Source: Pyrinomonadaceae bacterium
Lineage (GTDB): Bacteria; Acidobacteriota; Blastocatellia; Pyrinomonadales; Pyrinomonadaceae
Assembly: GCA_965218105.1 (NCBI GenBank)
Contig: OZ244585.1
Location: 2,960,597 to 3,024,596 of the forward strand
DNA length: 64,000 nt
Direction: 5' to 3'
The position numbers were made by a program, and so were the translations under genes. The notes beneath the pieces were generated by a model. That model was not told the origin of the DNA. It ran no database searches and saw only the letters and a list, made by a program, of their open reading frames with translations. Shown here in pieces: positions 58,534 through 64,000 of this stretch; within the stretch, counting starts at the first letter, position 1; each line of letters starts with the position of its first letter.

Positions 58534-58876
58534 ACAAAATTTTTGAGCCTGTAAATCTCACGCAGATAGAGAGTTAAGCTATATTTTTTAGTAGTTTATA
58601 AACTCTTAATACCAATATAAGCAGTAAGTGAAAATATAGCTTAAATTAGTGTGTGTAAAGGTTTTATCCGTTCATTTTTGATGTCGGTAGTTTGGTATAT
58701 CAGAATTTGGTATATCCGTATTTCACCGGAAAAAATTTTTTTTGGTGGAGTTTTCAGCCACCCTTTTATCAGGAGCGTGATTTTTGTTGCGGACACAGAC
58801 ACAGGCATATACCAGAATAAATAAGCCCTACCCTTTGTAAAATGATGACGGCATCGAAAAAACAGTCTTTCCAAAA

Positions 58877-59245
58877 TCAGTAATTTTTTTGGAGTTGTTT
58901 TTCAAACTCTAATTTGCGCTGTGCATTTCGTTTCGTTGTGGCATTTTTGACTTGTATTTGAGGCACAAGGGTTTTTTCAAGTTCAGCCCTTATCACCAAT
59001 CGTTTTATTTCTGCCAAGCTACGCTCCACCGCAAAATTTTCATCTAAATCTGGAATGCCGGTAGAGTCTTCGATGTAACCAGAATCTGAAAAACTCGCAA
59101 ATTTCGATTGAGATTCAAATTTTCGCTTCAATTCTGCTAATCTGCGTTTGCGCTCCGAATCGTCAATACTCGAATTTAAGTAATCGAAGTGAGATTTTTG
59201 CGAAAGATATTTTGCTAATTCAATTTTATTCATCATTTGTAACAC
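58877..59245 (-). CDS. Coiled-coil hypothetical protein
   Basis: 122 aa, charged heptad-like sequence. Overlaps the upstream ORF by 20 nt. Confidence 0.5.
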   Translation of the reverse strand: MLQMMNKIELAKYLSQKSHFDYLNSSIDDSERKRRLAELKRKFESQSKFASFSDSGYIEDSTGIPDLDENFAVERSLAEIKRLVIRAELEKTLVPQIQVKNATTKRNAQRKLEFEKQLQKNY

Positions 59246-59621
59246 CCGTTAATTTATTGAGTTTTGCCGTCAAGATTTTCAAATCTTTTCGGTCTTGAGA
59301 AACGCCTTGTTCAAAAAAAGAAAGTTCAAGATTTGCTTGATTAAGTTGTCTTTGCGCCGCTTCAATTTGAGGTTCGATAATCCGCACGGCATCTATTTTA
59401 CCTTTTATCGTTTGCAATAATTGTTCACGCTTTTCACCCGAATTCGATTGACGGTTTTTTATTTCGGCAATTTCACGCTCTAAAGTTTGAACTTCGCTAC
59501 TACTCTGATTTTTGAGTAAACTTTCACGCTCCAAAATCAGTTTTTCGTATTTATCACGATTTTCAGATGTTTTGAAAATCGAAGATATTTGTTTATCTAA
59601 TTCTGTAATATCTGTATTCAT
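59226..59621 (-). CDS. Coiled-coil hypothetical protein
   Basis: 131 aa, Glu/Lys/Gln-rich heptads. Confidence 0.5.
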   Translation of the reverse strand: MNTDITELDKQISSIFKTSENRDKYEKLILERESLLKNQSSSEVQTLEREIAEIKNRQSNSGEKREQLLQTIKGKIDAVRIIEPQIEAAQRQLNQANLELSFFEQGVSQDRKDLKILTAKLNKLTGVTNDE

Positions 59622-59638
59622 AATTTTTTATTTTCAGA

Positions 59639-59983
59639 TTATCCGAATCTGTTTTTACCTCGTATTCCGTCGAATTTTGAACCGATAAAAATATCACGCT
59701 GTTTTTCTATTTCGGCAATTTGAGAGCGAAGGTTACGAACATCATTTTCAGCTAAGTATTTTAATGCTGTCCAACCGGCGTGTAATTTTGTCATTTCTAC
59801 AAATTCAATTGTCATTTCATCAATTTCAACAGCTAAAGAATCCATAGATTTTTTATGTGTTTGGGCAAGTTCGAGTTTGTTTTCAATCTCTAACTCTAAT
59901 CCCATAATCATTCGCTGAAATGCCAATTTCTTTTCTCCAAAACTATTGGCTTCGACTTCTTGACGCTCCGATTCGTTTTCCAT
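59639..59983 (-). CDS. Coiled-coil hypothetical protein
   Basis: 114 aa, helical. Confidence 0.5.
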   Translation of the reverse strand: MENESERQEVEANSFGEKKLAFQRMIMGLELEIENKLELAQTHKKSMDSLAVEIDEMTIEFVEMTKLHAGWTALKYLAENDVRNLRSQIAEIEKQRDIFIGSKFDGIRGKNRFG

Positions 59984-60199
59984 TTTTGATTTGCTCCATT
60001 TATTAAAATTTGGACGGAGCGAATAGTTGAAATAAACGCTCCGAGTCCGGCAAAGCCAACTGAATAAGAAGAATTATATTTGTTCAATTGGTTAATTAGA
60101 ATGTAGCATTTTGGGCAGTAGAAGTCAAGATAAATTGTGCAAACAAAGGAGTTAGTATATCAGGATAAATAATACATCGTAGTTTTGAGTAAGTCGTTA

Positions 60200-61171
60200 T
60201 TAATTCAAACCAATACAAGTTTGCTCCAAAATCAAATAGTCTGCCAAATCAAAGCCGTCGGTTAGTTCTTTACTGGTTGCGTTGTCTTTAATCAGTTTTG
60301 AGATAGTTACATCAAATCCATTCTTACGAGCCGTTTTAGTTACTTCATTCCATTCGTCAAAACCGTCTGCGTCCGGGTAAAGAATTATTTTCTTTTCACG
60401 TCCGAGCCTATTGAGTTTTTCCGGCTTCAAATTCTGTTTTGCGCCGATAGAGAGCCAAATGTATTCGGGAAAACAAATTGAGGCAATGACGGCTGTTTTT
60501 TCAGCTTCGACAATACAGATATTTTTATTTGAATTATTACGAATTAGATGTTCGCCAAAAAAGCATTGCTTCAAATTAAAATCGTTTCTAACTTTTTTGT
60601 ATTTTTTGAGTTCGGTGTGTATCCAATTCGGTTCTATTGATTTGATACGTTTTCCGGTCTGCGAATCATAGGCAATTATTTTTCCCGTGCGGATTCGCAT
60701 ATTTTTATCAATTTGCCAGAAACAAGTTTTGCCGTCCGGTGTAGTGCCTATAAAATAATCTTTGACAGCGATTTGAATTTCATCAAGAAAATTCGGGAAA
60801 AGATTTATCAGAAATTGCACAAATGAGTTTTGTTCATAATTTTGCAGAGAATCGAATAAATATTTGTTTTCAATAAAGTCGCATCTTTTCCGCAAAATTT
60901 GAGCTTCATATTTTGTCTGTGAGCCGTTTTTGTTATTAAAGTAAGGGTTTAATATTCGTTTGTTTTTAGCTTCGACACGGGCTTGCGGATTATTGGCAAA
61001 ATACATTTTCGGCTTAAAATGATAGCCGCATTTGCTTTCTCTGTCGCACCGTCCGACATCATCAGATACATAGTCGCCTGTATTGTTATCCACATACCGC
61101 ACAAAAGTTTTTTGTGAACAATCCGGGCAAATATATTTTCTTGAGCCTTTTTCTAATGGAAATCTATACAT
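60200..61171 (-). CDS. Zinc-finger/Toprim DNA primase-like protein
   Basis: CPDCSQ...CDRESKCGYH zinc finger. CIVEAEKTAV (Toprim Glu) and LYPDADGFDEW (DxD). GGAG upstream of the ATG. Confidence 0.78.
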   Translation of the reverse strand: MYRFPLEKGSRKYICPDCSQKTFVRYVDNNTGDYVSDDVGRCDRESKCGYHFKPKMYFANNPQARVEAKNKRILNPYFNNKNGSQTKYEAQILRKRCDFIENKYLFDSLQNYEQNSFVQFLINLFPNFLDEIQIAVKDYFIGTTPDGKTCFWQIDKNMRIRTGKIIAYDSQTGKRIKSIEPNWIHTELKKYKKVRNDFNLKQCFFGEHLIRNNSNKNICIVEAEKTAVIASICFPEYIWLSIGAKQNLKPEKLNRLGREKKIILYPDADGFDEWNEVTKTARKNGFDVTISKLIKDNATSKELTDGFDLADYLILEQTCIGLN

Positions 61172-61185
61172 TTTTCTTTCTCCGA

Positions 61186-61343
61186 GTGTTCACGGTGTTC
61201 ACGCCTATCGTGAACGTGAACACTATGTTTTTTATTTAATCAATACATTAAATTTTGATATTTCATATATTTACAAAGATTGCGAATTTATGTTCACAGT
61301 GTTCACGTTCACGGCAAGTGTGAACACCGTGAACACCGTGAAC
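61186..61343. promoter_or_regulatory. Iteron-like GTGTTCAC/GTGAACAC clusters flanking a 67-bp AT-rich spacer (candidate ori and/or operator)
   Basis: Cluster 1 at 61186-61223 (2 forward plus 2 reverse copies). AT-rich spacer at 61224-61290. Cluster 2 at 61291-61343 (3 forward plus 3 reverse copies), mostly at 9-bp spacing. Confidence 0.65.
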
Positions 61344-61345
61344 GC

Positions 61346-62452
61346 TCAACTTTTTAGATATTTATTGACCGCTCCCACAGAAATACCTAATTCATCCGCT
61401 ATTTTTCTTTGACTTTCTCCCATCGCCGAAAGTTTTTTTGCTTGCTCAATCAATTCGTTGCGGTCTTTTTCTGTAATCACTTTCAAATGTTCGCTTTCAC
61501 GGGCGAAGCCTTCAAAAGAAAATCTGAGAAAATTATCCGGCTTTTCAATCTGGCAAAGATGCACATTTCCCGCATCAAACTTCATCTCGACATTTCTAAC
61601 TTTGATTTGTTTGAGGTAGCGCAACCCGTTTTCCCGTGAACTTTTACCAATCGAAAAAGACGAATCGCAAAAATTCATCAGCATTTTCGAGCCTTGCAAA
61701 TCATTGTTAGTGATTGGTTTTGACGAATCTAGTTTCGGTGTATGTGCGAGGGCTAAAATTGAAAGGTTATATTTGTTTTTTAGTGCTTTAAGATGTTTCA
61801 TCAAAGGCAGAGCGTCCTTTGCCCTTTCGTTTTCATTCTTTAGGTAAGTAAGATTATCAATAATTAAAACTTTCGCACCCGTTTCGGCAATCGTTCGATT
61901 AAGCGAATGATTGAGGTAATCTTCAAAAGTTGCAAAACCCTTTTCAATATCGGCGTTTGGATTGATTTCCGCACGAATGAAATTTTCATCAAAATTAAAG
62001 TGGTTTGTGAAATAACTATTGCCGATTAGTTTTTCCGAATAACGTGCTTCAAACTGTTTATCGGATAATTCAAAGTCAAAATAAATAACTTTTTGTTTAT
62101 CAGTTTCAATCTCTATATTTCCGATGTTCTCACCTTTTGAAATTGCGTCGGCTATTTGCACGGCTAAAATTGATTTGCCGATATTGGTATCAGCAAACAA
62201 AATACATATTTCACCTTCAAACCAAAATTCACCGAAAAGCATTTTCGGCACAGGTCTTTTTTTTGCATCTTTAAGCCAGTTGTTCGCCGTTTGAGTCTTG
62301 AAGAGATTTGGAAAATCTTCGTCTTCAAATACTCGTGTTTTGCCGCTTGAGTTAAAATTCTCTTCGGCTTCGGCACGGATGGCATCAGAGTCTATTAGTT
62401 GTTTTGTTTGACCGCTTGTGGAAATTACGGTATCATTATTTTGATTATTCAT
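61346..62452 (-). CDS. RepA/AAA_25-like RecA-fold ATPase with a C-terminal HTH
   Basis: Walker A FADTNIGKS, Walker B KVLIIDNLTYL, C-terminal SQRKIADELGISVGAVNKYLK. Start set at the internal ATG (MNNQNND), which has an upstream GGAG. Confidence 0.78.
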   Translation of the reverse strand: MNNQNNDTVISTSGQTKQLIDSDAIRAEAEENFNSSGKTRVFEDEDFPNLFKTQTANNWLKDAKKRPVPKMLFGEFWFEGEICILFADTNIGKSILAVQIADAISKGENIGNIEIETDKQKVIYFDFELSDKQFEARYSEKLIGNSYFTNHFNFDENFIRAEINPNADIEKGFATFEDYLNHSLNRTIAETGAKVLIIDNLTYLKNENERAKDALPLMKHLKALKNKYNLSILALAHTPKLDSSKPITNNDLQGSKMLMNFCDSSFSIGKSSRENGLRYLKQIKVRNVEMKFDAGNVHLCQIEKPDNFLRFSFEGFARESEHLKVITEKDRNELIEQAKKLSAMGESQRKIADELGISVGAVNKYLKS

Positions 62453-62930
62453 TAAGTTTTTACTCCATATAGAAAAATTTAGTGGTAACGGCAAAAACAA
62501 GTATCATTTTCGGTAATCTGTTTTTGCCAAACATTCAGGACAAAAAATGTATCCGTCGTCGCTCCAACTTCGTCGGATATTTTTTTGCTTTCTAGTATTA
62601 TATTAAGATATTCGAGATATGTCGAATTAAATCTTTTGTTTTCTTATATTTACATCAGGAAAAATAATAACAGTCAAGGTAAAATTTGCACAAAAAAAAC
62701 AGCCTAGATAATTAAGCCGAATATATTTAGCGTTTCGTTTTTCAGCAACTGTTTTTAATCAGATACTCTTTTCAAATCGTTAAGCATTTCTCATCTATTT
62801 ATTCACAATGTAAAACATAGTTATACTAAACTAAATACTATTAGTTATCGCTCAAATGTGTTGTTTGCTTGCGACAAAAACAAAATTACTAAATTGAGTT
62901 GAAATTGTCAAGGAATTTTTGAAATCGCCT

Positions 62931-63134
62931 TTATTTATCGGCGTTTGAGAGTTTTTTTGGTCTGCCGACCTTGCCATAAACTTTTACTTTTTCCGCATCC
63001 GTTCGCTTAATCATATTCACACGCCCGAATTTTGTAGCCGGAATAATGCCGTCAATTATCATTGTTCTAACCCGTCCATCTGACAAGTTAAGAAGTTTTG
63101 CCGTTTCTTGTGTTGTTAAAAGTTTTTTATCCAT
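62931..63134 (-). CDS. xis: Excisionase-family (MerR-like) HTH protein
   Basis: LLTTQETAKLLNLSDGRVRTMIIDGIIPATKFGR. Start at the internal ATG. Confidence 0.68.
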   Translation of the reverse strand: MDKKLLTTQETAKLLNLSDGRVRTMIIDGIIPATKFGRVNMIKRTDAEKVKVYGKVGRPKKLSNADK

Positions 63135-63311
63135 ATTCACAGAATATAACCAATAATCCGATACTTCCAAAATAAGACGGAAGAGTTTTATAAAACAATT
63201 GAATTATTTAAGACGAAAACGTCTTATTTTTGAAATAACACAGTCATTATAACTTTATATTTAATAAGAGGTTAGATAAATAACCCAAAAATTAAAACGG
63301 AGCTAAAAACA

Positions 63312-63581
63312 ATGATTGAATTAAATAAAGAAAATATCGAAAAAGCCATCGAAAAAGCACGGGCAACAAAACCACTGGTCAAAATTATTGAATTTCGCCG
63401 ATACAGCGTAACCAATCGAGAAACGGGCGCAAACTACACGGTCAATTTTTACAAAATCGGAGGTCGGAAGTTCGGCGAATGCGACTGCAAATGCGGTCAA
63501 CAAGGTAAGTATGTTTGCAAACACATCGCCGCTAGTTTGCCGATACACTTGGTTTTGGCATCGCAAGCACAAGCGATATAA
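63312..63581 (+). CDS. SWIM zinc-finger protein
   Basis: CDCKCGQQGKYVCKHIAA matches CxCx(n)CxH. Confidence 0.7.
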   Translation: MIELNKENIEKAIEKARATKPLVKIIEFRRYSVTNRETGANYTVNFYKIGGRKFGECDCKCGQQGKYVCKHIAASLPIHLVLASQAQAI

Positions 63582-63721
63582 GCCGAATGAGAAAAGGCTC
63601 TCTAATCAAAAGACAGTCTTTGTTTTTTATTTCAGATTAAATTATAAATGTGAGTAGTTCTTTGAAAACGTGCAAAGGTTAAGTAGATTTTCCAATATCG
63701 AAAAAAGTAAAAATTTAAGAC

Positions 63722-63745
63722 TTTGGGGTAAAAAACGGGGTAACG
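63722..63745. repeat. 24-bp island-internal direct repeat, right copy
   Basis: Identical to 49881-49904. Confidence 0.6.
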
Positions 63746-63801
63746 GGCAAAATAATCGGGTATTCCAAAAAGTAAAACCTTCGTGAAATACCCGTAAATA
63801 C

Positions 63802-63886
63802 TGGCGGAGAGAACAGGAGTCGAACCTGCATAGGCTTACGCCCGGTAGTTTTCAAGACTACTGCAATACCATTATGCGATCTCTCC
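63802..63886 (-). tRNA. tRNA-Ser (anticodon UGA)
   Basis: GGAGAGA acceptor pairing with TCTCTCC, G73 discriminator, encoded CCA. Anticodon stem GTAGT/ACTAC with loop CTTGAAA, long variable arm, TTCGACT T-loop. Confidence 0.9.
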
Positions 63887-64000
63887 GCATTTTCCGGCGG
63901 AAATAAAAAATATAGCGCAAATTCAGGCGAGAAACAAATCAAATTTATTAATTCGACACTGATTTTCGCCAAAACAAAAGCATAGCTTATTTTGCGACGG

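Larger units (their letters stand above)
49688..63860. mobile_element. Integrative element of about 14.1 kb in tRNA-Ser(UGA)
   Basis: Flanking 59-bp perfect direct repeats, tyrosine integrase, Xis-like HTH, replication module, and AT-rich composition compared with the flanks. Confidence 0.88.

Noticed and set aside
58641-58874. 77-aa minus-strand ORF
   Set aside because: Its composition is unconvincing and it spans the inverted and direct repeats. The region is treated as regulatory or non-coding.
49688-63860. Relaxase, type IV secretion, capsid or terminase genes that would define the element as an ICE, IME or prophage
   Set aside because: None of the island proteins shows the corresponding motifs (no HxH relaxase motif with catalytic Tyr, no terminase Walker/nuclease pattern), so no such call is made.
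63715-63972. 85-aa minus-strand ORF at the right edge
   Set aside because: It overlaps the tRNA-Ser gene and the 24-bp arm repeat, so it is spurious.

Overview
All calls come from reading the supplied translations and the DNA by eye and recalling motifs. No database search, GC calculation or folding was run. The window is a compact bacterial chromosomal segment. About 49.6 kb is core genome with housekeeping genes: nadE, rnhA, msrA, nadA, hsp20, lon, mnmA, an intein-containing gyrA, rpsU, surE, an acyl-CoA ligase and a TetR regulator. The core also holds c-di-GMP signalling proteins, peptidases, two Uma2 nucleases, a VapBC pair and a zeta-toxin-like pair. The right quarter (49688-63860) is a visibly more AT-rich integrative element of about 14.1 kb inserted in tRNA-Ser(UGA). 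It is bounded by a perfect 59-bp direct repeat of the tRNA 3' half. It carries a tyrosine integrase, a replication module (AAA_25-type ATPase with HTH, iteron-like repeats around an AT-rich spacer, Zn-finger/Toprim primase), an excisionase-like HTH and a SWIM protein. Its cargo block (51326-57435) is the best candidate for an undescribed defence system. The block encodes an internally duplicated protein of no recognisable family. That gene overlaps, and is probably translationally coupled to, an Mrr-like PD-(D/E)xK nuclease with a large unknown helical domain. The block also holds small membrane proteins and a fusion of an HsdR_N-type nuclease fold to a DNA methyltransferase with permuted motif order. 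Other notable items are a 520-aa HNH-type intein in gyrA at an apparently non-mycobacterial site and a HerA-less NurA-like nuclease operon with a PP-loop ATPase and a Zn-ribbon membrane protein. There are also three MITE/REP-like palindromic repeat families with two copies each, a recurrent roughly 8-nt-periodic low-complexity motif abutting many start codons, and an M1-peptidase homologue with all zinc ligands replaced.
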